The notes below the pieces were generated by a model. The model was not told where the DNA came from and ran no database searches. It saw nothing but the letters and a program-made list of their open reading frames with translations. From the NCBI GenBank assembly GCA_964571965.1, contig CAZNFQ010000001.1, forward strand, positions 30,531-94,530: 64,000 nucleotides of DNA. The letters are read 5' to 3'. Every line of letters starts with the position of its first letter. The stretch's first letter is position 1. Shown here one piece after another: positions 1 through 8,474 of the stretch. The position numbers and the translations under genes were made by a program. Origin of the DNA: an uncultured bacterium (GTDB taxonomy: Bacteria > Fermentibacterota > Fermentibacteria > Fermentibacterales > JCC-6).

Positions 1-337
1 TTATCAGCAGGGATGAACCGTTAGGGGGCGAGGTATTCCTCGGCTGCTCCCAGGTCTGGAAAAGTGTATCACTGAAAACAAGCATGGAAAGACCCATGTC
101 CCTGAAGGATATGATGGAGTCGGGGTAGATTCTCAAACCCTTGTTTACTATAAAAACATCGCTGTTCCTGGTGAAAGCATCCAGGGATACCGCATGGCTG
201 GGTGACACTGCCACTCCACTGCATATCTCCACAAGTCCGCTGGCTGAGGACTCTCTGCCCACAGAAACGGCAGGAGACTGGAGCACATCGCTGAAAAAGC
301 CGGTGGAAGCAAGAAGAGCCAGTATGACAGCGGTCAT
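1..337 (-). CDS. Partial CDS (5' end in window, runs off left edge): putative secreted protein downstream of the ECF sigma/anti-sigma pair
   Basis: Absent from the ORF track because it has no stop in the window. A reverse-strand ATG at 337-335 opens a frame that stays open to position 1 (112 codons): MTAVILALLASTGFFSDVLQSPAVSVGRE... The hydrophobic N-terminus looks like a signal peptide. It begins 7 nt after the anti-sigma stop (345-347). Confidence 0.5.
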   Translation of the reverse strand, partial: MTAVILALLASTGFFSDVLQSPAVSVGRESSASGLVEICSGVAVSPSHAVSLDAFTRNSDVFIVNKGLRIYPDSIISFRDMGLSMLVFSDTLFQTWEQPRNTSPPNGSSLLI

Positions 338-344
338 ATTAAGT

Positions 345-791
345 TCAGAATGTGGTTACCGATGAGGGTCTGGAGTAGGCCATCACAGGTGCAGGGGTAT
401 AGCTCACCGTTTCTTCGGATGTGACTACAGGCTGGTCCGCAAGGCGTGATGATTCAGCTCCTGAACCTCCGTGCAGCAGCAGCAGAGCCGCTGCGGCAAA
501 GGGTATAACGGCGGCTGCCTTCCAAAGGGGAAAACTTCTGGAGGAACCTTTGAGAGGAGAACGGTCGTAGTCCCCTGAAGCGATCCTATCCATTACCGCA
601 TGGTAAATGCCCTCGGGAGGTATGGGTTCATCCAGGGCGGCCACCTCACTGGATATGGAACTGTTGAGAAGCATGGCCTTTCTGCATGAGAAACAGCCGT
701 TAAGATGAAACCGGAGGAGCTGCTCCTGTTCCGGATCAGCCTCGCCGTCAAGAATAGAATCCATTAGAAGAAGGGCTTCTTCACACTTCAT
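345..791 (-). CDS. Anti-sigma factor (zf-HC2 type, single TM)
   Basis: N-terminus MKCEEALLLMDSILDGEADPEQEQLLRFHLNGCFSCRKAM carries the H-x3-C-x2-C zinc motif of ECF anti-sigma factors, followed by one hydrophobic segment (AAAVIPFAAAALLLL). ATG at 791 overlaps the sigma stop as ATGA. The ORF-track start at 797 is a GTG two codons upstream. Confidence 0.8.
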   Translation of the reverse strand: MKCEEALLLMDSILDGEADPEQEQLLRFHLNGCFSCRKAMLLNSSISSEVAALDEPIPPEGIYHAVMDRIASGDYDRSPLKGSSRSFPLWKAAAVIPFAAAALLLLHGGSGAESSRLADQPVVTSEETVSYTPAPVMAYSRPSSVTTF

Positions 792-1381
792 TTCCACATC
801 TCCCAGACCTCTTCCAGGGATTCACGGAGTGAGGCCCTGGCCCGATTTATCCTGGATTTGACCGTACCTATTCTAATGCCCAGGACTTCTGATATCTCCT
901 CATATGTAAGACCCTGCTTCTCCCTGAGGAGGAAAGGTTCTCTGTAGTGTTCAGGAAGCTCGTTAACGGCCTCTTCTATACTTGCTGCAAGTTCCCTGCG
1001 GCCTTCCCGGTAGTGGGGAGTCATGTTGCCGCTGCCCTTTAAAACAACCTTTTCAAGGGGTATCATGGTCCACCTGGAGCGGCGGCGCCACTCCTTCTTA
1101 GCCAGATTGCTGGCAATTGTAAATATCCATGTGACAAGAGGTCTTTCCGGATCGTAGTTGTTCCTGTAGCGGTAAACCCTGCAGAACGTCATCTGAAGCT
1201 GTTCCTCAGCGTCTTCCTCGTTTCCCAGCATGCGTATAAGATGGGAATAAAGGGGTCTTTCGAATCGCCTGACCACTTCCGCAAAAGCATCCTGATCGCC
1301 TTTGCAGAGATCGATCATAAGCTGGGAATCAGTTCTTGAATCCTTTTCGGAACCTTTTTTCAAAGCATTCATCCTCAGCAT
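788..1381 (-). CDS. ECF-type RNA polymerase sigma factor (sigma-70 family, group 4)
   Basis: Region 2 (FERPLYSHLIRMLGNEEDAEEQLQMTFCRVYRYRNNYD) and region 4 HTH (LTYEEISEVLGIRIGTVKSRINRARASL) are present. I prefer ATG 1381 (MLRMNALKK...), which has GGAGG 8 nt upstream. The ORF-track start is TTG 1444. Confidence 0.85.
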   Translation of the reverse strand: MLRMNALKKGSEKDSRTDSQLMIDLCKGDQDAFAEVVRRFERPLYSHLIRMLGNEEDAEEQLQMTFCRVYRYRNNYDPERPLVTWIFTIASNLAKKEWRRRSRWTMIPLEKVVLKGSGNMTPHYREGRRELAASIEEAVNELPEHYREPFLLREKQGLTYEEISEVLGIRIGTVKSRINRARASLRESLEEVWEMWK

Positions 1382-1414
1382 GCGTGCAACCTCCACGTTA
1401 CGTAATCTAAACAG

Positions 1415-1442
1415 CTTTACCCTCAAGGGGTAGATTTGTTCC
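1415..1442 (-). promoter_or_regulatory. Candidate ECF-type autoregulated promoter (GGAAC-N17-GTAAAG)
   Basis: The reverse strand reads GGAAC (1442-1438), a 17-nt spacer, then GTAAAG (1420-1415), about 35 nt upstream of ATG 1381. This resembles the GGAAC/CGT-type ECF promoter architecture only loosely. Confidence 0.25.
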
Positions 1443-1483
1443 AAGGTTGACCCGGGGGAATTCTTTTCACAGAAATAGGGACT

Positions 1484-3388
1484 ATGAAAAGCAGAAAATC
1501 CGGAATATTCCTCAGAACCATCTCCTTTGTGAAACCGTATAAGTGGAGCGTGGTTCTGTCCATTCTTTTTGCAATGGTTTTCGCTGCATCAAGCGGGGCT
1601 ACCCTGGCAATGATACTGCCCATATTCGACGACGTTCTGGGGGGCAGGGAAGACCAGTCCGTTCTCACTCTGGAACAGGCAATGTCCATTACAGCAGGTC
1701 CACCACTTGCCAGGGCGGGAGACGCAATTGCATCGGGAGATCTTTCCGCCGCCGGTTCCGCCTTGTCCCAGGTGCCGGGAGCATTCCTGGAAGGTCTTCA
1801 TCAGGCTTCACCTTCAGAGGCACTTCTTGCGGTTATCATTACAATGATCGCAATGATATTCCTGAAGAACCTGTCGTTTTTCCTCCAGACATACTTCGTT
1901 TCCACCGTTGAGGAGGGAATGCTCAGGGATTTGCGTTCCAGGGTCTACAGCCATCTCCTCAAACTTGATCTGGGGTATTTTGCCAGAAGCCGTTCCGGAG
2001 AATTGACAAGCCGTTTGACAGCGGATGTGGTGAGGATAAAGAGTACCGTTACCCAGTCACTTATAAGCTCGGTGAGACAGGTTCTTCTTCTGGTGGTTTA
2101 CTTTTCGCTTACACTGTGGGTATCCTGGAAACTCACAATGATAACCCTGCTGGTGCTCCCTCCCAGTATGGCCATGATCATAATGCTCGGTAAAAGCCTG
2201 AGAAGAAAAAGTCACAGAGCACAGGAAAAAATGGCTGATTTCGCAAGTTTTCTAATGGAAACCATAACAGGCGTCAGGGTGGTCAAGGCATTTGCCATGG
2301 AACACTTCGAAGAGAAACGCTTCATGAAGAGTGTAAATGCTCACATGAAGTACGAGATCAAACTGAGAAGGATGAAAGCCCTCTCCGGACCGGTTACGGA
2401 GTTTCTTGGAGCAGTTGCCGCTGGGGTAATACTCTGGTTCGGTGGAAACTCGGTTATAGATGGAACGGGGATGTCCGCCGGAAAGTTCATGGTGTTCCTG
2501 GCCGCAGCCCTCAGCATGATGGACCCGGCCAAGGGTCTCAGCAAGGCGTATGCATCCATAATGTCAGGTCTTGCAGCGGGAGAAAGGGTGTTTGGCATTC
2601 TGGACACTGAACCGGCCATCAGGGAGGCTTCCAGTCCTGTGGTTCCCAGCGGTCTGCATGAGTCTATCGTCTTCGACCATGTAACCTTCGGATACGACCC
2701 GGAAGTTCCCGTGCTCAGTGACATAGACCTGGAGATAAAGGCAGGTGAGATAGTTGCCCTCGTAGGTCCCAGCGGCGGCGGGAAGAGCACCCTGGCAGAC
2801 ATGATCCCCCGTTTCTACGACCCGGACAGGGGCAGGATACTTCTTGACGGAGTGGATCTGAGGGATTTAAGCATTGCAGGTCTGCGCGGTCTTCTGGGCG
2901 TGGTGACTCAGGAAACCGTTCTCTTCAACGATTCGGTTTTTAACAATATTGCATACGGTGCCTTGAACATTCCCTTCGAAGAGGTGCATAAAGCAGCACA
3001 GGTGGCTAACGCCCTGGAATTCATCGAAGAGCTTCCGGAGGGTTTCGACACGGTGATAGGAGAGAGGGGAATAACACTTTCCGGTGGTCAGAGACAGCGG
3101 CTGGCAATAGCCAGGGCAATTCTGAAAAATCCTCCCCTTCTCATTTTCGATGAGGCCACCAGCGCACTTGATACAAAAAGCGAACAGCTTGTTCAGACCG
3201 CCATAGACAAACTGATCCAGGGCAGGACCTCCCTGGTCATAGCCCATCGCCTCAGCACAATAAAGAAGGCTTCGAGGGTGCTGTACATAGAAGACGGCAG
3301 AATTCTCGAAGAGGGTACCCACGAGGCTCTCCTTGCCTTGAACGGACGGTACAGGAACCTCTGGGAACTGCAGTTCTCCCATGGCTGA
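1484..3388 (+). CDS. msbA: ABC transporter permease/ATPase fusion, MsbA-like lipid exporter
   Basis: 634 aa with an N-terminal six-TM domain. Walker A GPSGGGKST, ABC signature LSGGQRQR, Walker B LLIFDEATSALD. It overlaps the following GT9 gene by 8 nt (LPS context). Confidence 0.85.
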   Translation: MKSRKSGIFLRTISFVKPYKWSVVLSILFAMVFAASSGATLAMILPIFDDVLGGREDQSVLTLEQAMSITAGPPLARAGDAIASGDLSAAGSALSQVPGAFLEGLHQASPSEALLAVIITMIAMIFLKNLSFFLQTYFVSTVEEGMLRDLRSRVYSHLLKLDLGYFARSRSGELTSRLTADVVRIKSTVTQSLISSVRQVLLLVVYFSLTLWVSWKLTMITLLVLPPSMAMIIMLGKSLRRKSHRAQEKMADFASFLMETITGVRVVKAFAMEHFEEKRFMKSVNAHMKYEIKLRRMKALSGPVTEFLGAVAAGVILWFGGNSVIDGTGMSAGKFMVFLAAALSMMDPAKGLSKAYASIMSGLAAGERVFGILDTEPAIREASSPVVPSGLHESIVFDHVTFGYDPEVPVLSDIDLEIKAGEIVALVGPSGGGKSTLADMIPRFYDPDRGRILLDGVDLRDLSIAGLRGLLGVVTQETVLFNDSVFNNIAYGALNIPFEEVHKAAQVANALEFIEELPEGFDTVIGERGITLSGGQRQRLAIARAILKNPPLLIFDEATSALDTKSEQLVQTAIDKLIQGRTSLVIAHRLSTIKKASRVLYIEDGRILEEGTHEALLALNGRYRNLWELQFSHG

Positions 3389-4304
3389 CAGATACCTTGC
3401 GGTTAGACTGCACTCCCTCGGGGACGTGGTTCTGGCATCGGGAACGGTGAGTGCCATGGCCGGGGAAGGTGAAACCGTATTCGTAACAGCTCCCATATAT
3501 GCACCCGTTGCGAAAAGAATTCCGGGGAAAATCACCGTTAAGACCGTTTCAGGGTGGCGAGACCTGAGAAAAGCGTCGGACAGCTGTACCAGGATCGTGG
3601 ATCTGCAGAATAACCTTACCACGGGAATAGCGTTTCTGGGCAGGAACCCCCTCAGGTACTCACTCTGCAGAAGAAAAAGAAACTCCATCCTTCACGGGGC
3701 AGATGAATCAATGGAGTGGAGGGCCCTTGAATACATGAAGACCGCAGGGCTATCCGGTGATCCCACCCCTGTGCTTCTGCGAAGAAGCCATCCCGTTCCG
3801 GGAAGCACCACCATAGGTATAGTCATTGGAGGAAGATGGCCCATGAAAGCCATCCCTCATGGTGTAGTTGCCGAACTGGCAAGGCTGTTCTGCGATTTGC
3901 TGGGAGCCAGAGTGTTTCTGATAGGTGCAGAAAAGGACATGAAACTTGCGGAAGCAGCATCTGAGGAATGCGGTTACAGGAATGTTGTTTCTGTTGCAGG
4001 TGAGGGTGGAATAGAAAAACTATTGGAAAGAATCGAGATACTGGATCTGCTGGTTACTCCTGATTCAGGACCCGCTCACATAGGAATAGCCCTCGGGGTT
4101 CCTACACAGGTGGTTTTTACGGCAACGTCGCCGGCCCTGGGATTTTACCGTAATGGTTATCCCGGTTTGTATGCGGTTCCAGGGGTCAGCTGCAGACCCT
4201 GTCACAGGCATGGGGGTACCAGATGCAGGGAAGGTGACGAGCAGTGCAGGAAAAGACTCATTCCAAGACAGATGTTTCAGGAGGCGCTTTGCCTGATGCA
4301 ATGA
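3381..4304 (+). CDS. Glycosyltransferase family 9 (LPS heptosyltransferase-like)
   Basis: N-terminus YLAVRLHSLGDVVLASG and C-terminal region LLVTPDSGPAHIGIALGVPTQVVF ... CRPC are typical of the GT9 fold. Confidence 0.8.
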   Translation: MADRYLAVRLHSLGDVVLASGTVSAMAGEGETVFVTAPIYAPVAKRIPGKITVKTVSGWRDLRKASDSCTRIVDLQNNLTTGIAFLGRNPLRYSLCRRKRNSILHGADESMEWRALEYMKTAGLSGDPTPVLLRRSHPVPGSTTIGIVIGGRWPMKAIPHGVVAELARLFCDLLGARVFLIGAEKDMKLAEAASEECGYRNVVSVAGEGGIEKLLERIEILDLLVTPDSGPAHIGIALGVPTQVVFTATSPALGFYRNGYPGLYAVPGVSCRPCHRHGGTRCREGDEQCRKRLIPRQMFQEALCLMQ

Positions 4305-6853
4305 ACACTCCGATGATGAAACAGTATCTGAAAATAAAGGAAGAACATCCTGATTCTGTGCTTCTATTCAGAATGGGTGATTTCTATGAAACCTTCCTGG
4401 ACGATGCGAAGAAAGTTTCATCCATTCTGGGTATTGCCCTTACTGCAAGACAGAAAGGCAGCGACAAAGGTTCTGGAATACCTCTGGCAGGTTTTCCGCA
4501 CCATGCCCTGGATGGATATCTGACCAGACTGGTTAAGTCAGGATGCAGGGTGGCAATATGTGAACAGACTGAAGATCCCAGGAAAGCATCAGGTCTGGTC
4601 AGACGCGATGTGGTGGAAATAGTTACTCCCGGTACCCTGGTGAGCGGTTCCGCGCTGGATGAAAGGTCAGAAGCCCTTCTTGCCTCGGTGAACAGAATCG
4701 GCGGCAGGGCAGGCATAGTGATCTGCGATCTTTCCACAGGGGATATAAGGGCAGCTTCAGTGGCTTCGAAGGATCTTAAGGATGAGCTGGCACGGCAGAA
4801 CCCCAGGGAAGTTCTGGTGCCGGACACTCTGGAGTTCAACCCTCCGGAGGGCTGCGAAGCTACCATTCTGGATTCCTGGAAATTCGATCCCTCTTCCGGT
4901 GAGAGGGAAACGGTTCACTTCTTCGGTCTGGCGGCTCCCGACGGTTTCGGGATCAGCGGCATGCCCGAGGTTATCTCCTCCCTTGGGGCACTGCTCTCAT
5001 ACATCGGCCACACAAAACCCTCCGGTGTCTCACATCTGGAGTTCAGGGGTCTTTACAGTCACAACGAGAACCTGATAGTGGACAGAACCAGTTCACGGGC
5101 ACTGGGAATAGTTGATTCCCCTCCGGGTGAAGAGGAAGCGGTGCTGGCACTGAGAACAGACAGTACCGTCACTGCAGGCGGCGGCAGACTGTGGAGAAAC
5201 TGGCTCAACTCTCCTCCCGTTAACCCCGATACGATAAACGAAAGGCACTCTGCAGTTGAAGACCTTCTGCTCTCAGGCGAATATCACCGCATAAGAGGTC
5301 TGCTCGGAGAGATCACCGACCTGGAGCGGCAGGGGGGAAAGCTGGGCACCCTCAGGGCTGGTCCAAGGGATCTCAAATCCATAGAGAAAACCGCAAGACT
5401 TCTGCCTGACATATTCGGCATTCTTTCAGAAAGCAGCTCATCACTTCTTAGAGATCTCGCCGCCACGAATCCTCTGGAGGATGTGGCTGAAAGAATAGGC
5501 AGAACCCTTGCAGATGATCCTCCTGCACGAATTGCTGACGGCGGTTTCGTGAGGAAAGGTTTTTCAAGTGAGCTGGACTCCCTCAGGGAGATAAAGAGCG
5601 GAGGACGCCGGTGCATGGAAAAGATGGTTGCCGCAGAGCAGAGCTCCACCGGCATCAGCAGGATGACTCTGGGCTTCAACAGGGTATTCGGGTACTACAT
5701 TGAGGTTTCAAAATCATCTGTGGACAGGGTTCCGGAACATTACATAAGGAAACAGACCCTTGTGGGCGGCGAACGTTACATCACTCCGGAACTGAAGGAA
5801 ATGGAACAGAGGATACTGAACGCTAACGAGGAGATAGCCTTACTGGAGGGGGAGATATTCAATGAACTCCTTCATGATACCGCAGAGGCTGTTCACAGAA
5901 TAAAGGAGGCTGGAAGGGCACTTTCTGCAGCTGATGTACTCTGCTCACTGGCCCATATTGCAGGCAGCCGAGGCTGGATACGTCCCGAGGTTTCACACAG
6001 GCCGGGGCTTTTCATAGAAGAGGGAAAGCATCCTGTGCTGGAAGATCTTCTTCCCGCCGGCGAATGCGTTCCCAACTCCATTCTCCTCTCTCCTGAAAGG
6101 CGCATACTTCTTGTTACAGGACCGAATATGGCAGGAAAGTCCACCTATCTGAGACAGGCTGCCCTTCTGGTCATACTTGCCCAGAGCGGATCTTTCGTTC
6201 CCGCTTCCAGAATGGCTTTCAGCCCGGTTGACAGGATTTATACAAGGATAGGTTCGGCGGACAGACTTTCCAGAGGACAGTCCACCTTCCTGGTGGAGAT
6301 GGCCGAGGCGGCTTCGCTTCTGAACGGAAGCACAGAGAGAAGCCTTGCCATACTGGACGAGATCGGAAGGGGGACCAGCACATATGACGGTCTTTCCATA
6401 GCATGGTCCATGATCGAATATCTTCACGATAATCCGGAGCACAGACCAATGGTTCTCTTCGCCACCCATTACCATGAACTCACTTCCCTTGCAGCAAGAC
6501 TTCCCCTTTGCGACAACGCCAATGTCAAAGTGAGGGAGACCGGCAGGAAGATATCATTCCTCTACACCGTGGAACCCGGGGCTGCAGACAGGTCCTACGG
6601 AATTCATGTGGCGTCAATGGCCGGTGTTCCTTCGCAGGTGGTCAAAAGGGCGGAAAGGGTTCTGGCTGACCTGGAAAAGGGAAGACACATGCTTCCCGCA
6701 GGAGGCAGTGGTGAGAACGGGCAGATGAGCCTTCCACTTTCGAACCCCGAGCACCCGGTGCTCGAGGAAATCCGAAGCATCGAACCCGATGCCCTAACGC
6801 CCAAAAAAGCACTGGACCTGATCTATGCCCTGAAGGACAGACTTGACTCATGA
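4301..6853 (+). CDS. mutS: DNA mismatch repair protein MutS
   Basis: MNTPMMKQYLKIKEEHPDSVLLFRMGDFYETF is the MutS mismatch-binding N-terminus. Walker A GPNMAGKSTYLRQ; DEIGRGTSTYDG. ATG 4301 overlaps the GT9 stop (ATGA). The ORF-track start at 4244 would overlap GT9 by 61 nt. Confidence 0.95.
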   Translation: MNTPMMKQYLKIKEEHPDSVLLFRMGDFYETFLDDAKKVSSILGIALTARQKGSDKGSGIPLAGFPHHALDGYLTRLVKSGCRVAICEQTEDPRKASGLVRRDVVEIVTPGTLVSGSALDERSEALLASVNRIGGRAGIVICDLSTGDIRAASVASKDLKDELARQNPREVLVPDTLEFNPPEGCEATILDSWKFDPSSGERETVHFFGLAAPDGFGISGMPEVISSLGALLSYIGHTKPSGVSHLEFRGLYSHNENLIVDRTSSRALGIVDSPPGEEEAVLALRTDSTVTAGGGRLWRNWLNSPPVNPDTINERHSAVEDLLLSGEYHRIRGLLGEITDLERQGGKLGTLRAGPRDLKSIEKTARLLPDIFGILSESSSSLLRDLAATNPLEDVAERIGRTLADDPPARIADGGFVRKGFSSELDSLREIKSGGRRCMEKMVAAEQSSTGISRMTLGFNRVFGYYIEVSKSSVDRVPEHYIRKQTLVGGERYITPELKEMEQRILNANEEIALLEGEIFNELLHDTAEAVHRIKEAGRALSAADVLCSLAHIAGSRGWIRPEVSHRPGLFIEEGKHPVLEDLLPAGECVPNSILLSPERRILLVTGPNMAGKSTYLRQAALLVILAQSGSFVPASRMAFSPVDRIYTRIGSADRLSRGQSTFLVEMAEAASLLNGSTERSLAILDEIGRGTSTYDGLSIAWSMIEYLHDNPEHRPMVLFATHYHELTSLAARLPLCDNANVKVRETGRKISFLYTVEPGAADRSYGIHVASMAGVPSQVVKRAERVLADLEKGRHMLPAGGSGENGQMSLPLSNPEHPVLEEIRSIEPDALTPKKALDLIYALKDRLDS

Positions 6854-6903
6854 AACGGGTCATGAAATAATACCTCGTAAAACATACTCTTTTGGGGGAT
6901 TTT

Positions 6904-7257
6904 ATGAAACACATTTTCTTCCTTGTACTTCTGGCTCCAGCGGCATTCTGCGGGTCCGTTGTGCAGACCTTCGACGCCCCGGATACCGGAATAACCGGTC
7001 TGGCATGGGGGGACGGCGTTCTCTGGGCGGTGGACGGAACCACCCAGTACATCTATGGTATCGATCCTGATAACGGCAATGTCACCACCTCATTCTACGT
7101 AACTGACCAGACATCCACCTATAACCCCGTTGCAGGCGGTCTTGCCTACGGAAACAATACCATCTACCTCGCCATGCACAGCGGAACCCAGTACGGTAAA
7201 ATGTACAAGTACGACGCTTCAGGTTCATTTCTGGGAATGTTCGACGTATACTGTTGA
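6904..7257 (+). CDS. N-terminal fragment of a secreted beta-propeller (NHL-like) repeat protein, ending at an in-frame TGA
   Basis: Signal peptide MKHIFFLVLLAPAAFCGS, then repeats such as LWAVDGTTQYIYGIDPDNGNV. Ends ...VYC-TGA at 7255-7257. The next ORF is in the same frame (see findings). Confidence 0.7.
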   Translation: MKHIFFLVLLAPAAFCGSVVQTFDAPDTGITGLAWGDGVLWAVDGTTQYIYGIDPDNGNVTTSFYVTDQTSTYNPVAGGLAYGNNTIYLAMHSGTQYGKMYKYDASGSFLGMFDVYC

Positions 7258-7278
7258 GGCGGTACCGTAAGCTCGTCG

Positions 7279-7914
7279 GTGACGGGCGCAGCCTTCAACG
7301 GATCCACTATTTATGCCTTCGGTAATATCTACGGCAGCACCACTCAGTTCTCAGTTCACAAATACACAACATCCGGTTCATCATCGGGACAGTACATGAA
7401 TCAGCTGGATTTTCCCGGTCTTCAGCCTGCGGTCTACGACATAGCCTACTCTGCCAGCGGAATGTGGGTTGCAAGGGATGAATCCGACAGCCCCATACTC
7501 AGGTACAACACCAGCGGAGCGGTTACCGGATATGTCATGGGTACCGATGTTCCCGCAGCCGCCGGGCTGGCAGTGGACGATGACGGGTATCTATGGGTAA
7601 GCGATCCTGATAATGACAAGATCTACAAGGTTGATACCACCACCTCCATAGACGAAAATACAGCCGGGGTATCTGCCGCAAGGACCATTCTTCCAGGTGC
7701 GAATCCCTTCAGTTCACTTACCGTTGTAAGTGTGCAGGGCTTCAACGGGGGAGCATACGCAGAACTCTTCGATACCACAGGCAGAAGAGTACAGTCGGGC
7801 TCCGTTCAGGATGGTTCATTCACGGTGAACGGCAGCCTTCTGCCCGCCGGCACCTACATTCTAAGAATATCCGATTCAACGGGCTCTTCATCGGTAAGGC
7901 TCTGTAAATACTAA
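7279..7914 (+). CDS. C-terminal fragment of the same beta-propeller protein, carrying a T9SS-type C-terminal sorting domain
   Basis: Same frame as 6904-7257. The repeat GYLWVSDPDNDKIYKVD continues the propeller. The C-terminus NPFSSLTVVSV...AELFDTTGRRVQSG...LLPAGTYILRISD matches the Por/T9SS CTD pattern. It has no signal peptide of its own. Confidence 0.7.
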   Translation: MTGAAFNGSTIYAFGNIYGSTTQFSVHKYTTSGSSSGQYMNQLDFPGLQPAVYDIAYSASGMWVARDESDSPILRYNTSGAVTGYVMGTDVPAAAGLAVDDDGYLWVSDPDNDKIYKVDTTTSIDENTAGVSAARTILPGANPFSSLTVVSVQGFNGGAYAELFDTTGRRVQSGSVQDGSFTVNGSLLPAGTYILRISDSTGSSSVRLCKY

Positions 7915-7920
7915 GAGAAA

Positions 7921-7958
7921 AGGGGGAAAGGGTGTAAAAGCCTTTTCCCTCTCTATTT
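7921..7958 (+). terminator. Candidate intrinsic terminator after the T9SS cargo gene
   Basis: 7921-7932 (AGGGGGAAAGGG) pairs with 7941-7952 (CCTTTTCCCTCT): 12 bp including 2 G-U pairs, with an 8-nt loop, followed by CTATTT. The U-tract is weak. Confidence 0.4.
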
Positions 7959-8007
7959 GCACAAAAGGTAAACAGGTGTTTACATTGCCTCCTGAATCAC
8001 ATATAAT
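7957..8007 (+). promoter_or_regulatory. Candidate sigma-70 promoter(s) for the 8027 gene
   Basis: Two overlapping candidates. One is TTGCAC (7957-62), 18 nt, TACATT (7981-86). The other is TTTACA (7979-84), 17 nt, perfect TATAAT (8002-07). The second would start transcription inside the AGGAGG SD (8013-18), so the first may be the functional one. Confidence 0.3.
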
Positions 8008-8026
8008 GCTTCAGGAGGTGAAAGAA

Positions 8027-8392
8027 ATGAAAGAGAAATACAGAATCGAATCAGAAACTGGAACGGTACAGGTGCCGGTGGTCTGGGCTTCGCTCAGGGG
8101 CCCCCTGGGAAGCAGAAGGGCAGGGCTCATTGCCTGTGCGGATAACGAGGAGGTAAGGGAGATCCTATCTTCGGGAATGCTGTACATCCACGGCTCCCCT
8201 TTACAGGGGAAAACCCTCTTCAGAGTTGAGAGCTGCCGCAGGGCCAGAATTCCCGGATGCATGTTCATATCGGCAATAGAAGCCGTAGATCCGCTAAGGT
8301 GCCGCGAGAATGACATACTGCGGGAGATTCGTTCCATTCTTGAACTTGGGTCATGCGAAGACACTGAATATCCCTGCAGTCAAGCTTGCTGA
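8027..8392 (+). CDS. Hypothetical Cys-rich small protein (121 aa)
   Basis: ATG 8027 lies 8 nt after AGGAGG (8013-18). The ORF-track start at 7976 sits on top of the promoter-like elements. There are 8 Cys, including a C-terminal CEDTEYPCSQAC. I recognise no family. Confidence 0.6.
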   Translation: MKEKYRIESETGTVQVPVVWASLRGPLGSRRAGLIACADNEEVREILSSGMLYIHGSPLQGKTLFRVESCRRARIPGCMFISAIEAVDPLRCRENDILREIRSILELGSCEDTEYPCSQAC

Positions 8393-8405
8393 AGCCCCCC
8401 GGAGG

Positions 8406-8433
8406 TTGGAAAAAAACTCACGAGCGCTAATAT
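8406..8433 (+). promoter_or_regulatory. Candidate sigma-70 promoter for the glycosylation gene string
   Basis: TTGGAA (8406-11), 16 nt, TAATAT (8428-33), about 40 nt upstream of the proposed GT2 start. Confidence 0.3.
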
Positions 8434-8474
8434 TCCCCTGTTAACACGGTTTTCTCTTTTCTGGGGAGTGTGCC

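Noticed and set aside
141-365. 74-aa plus-strand ORF at the left edge
   Set aside because: It lies fully antisense to a better-supported reverse-strand partial CDS (ATG 337, signal peptide, operonic with the anti-sigma gene). It has no SD and no recognisable motif.
7258-7290. Hairpin after the in-frame TGA as a bacterial SECIS element
   Set aside because: It is only about 6 bp with a bulge, starts 4 nt after the UGA, and its loop (UAAGCUCGU) lacks the features of the E. coli-type SECIS apical loop. That is not enough to call selenocysteine, so it is reported only as one option.
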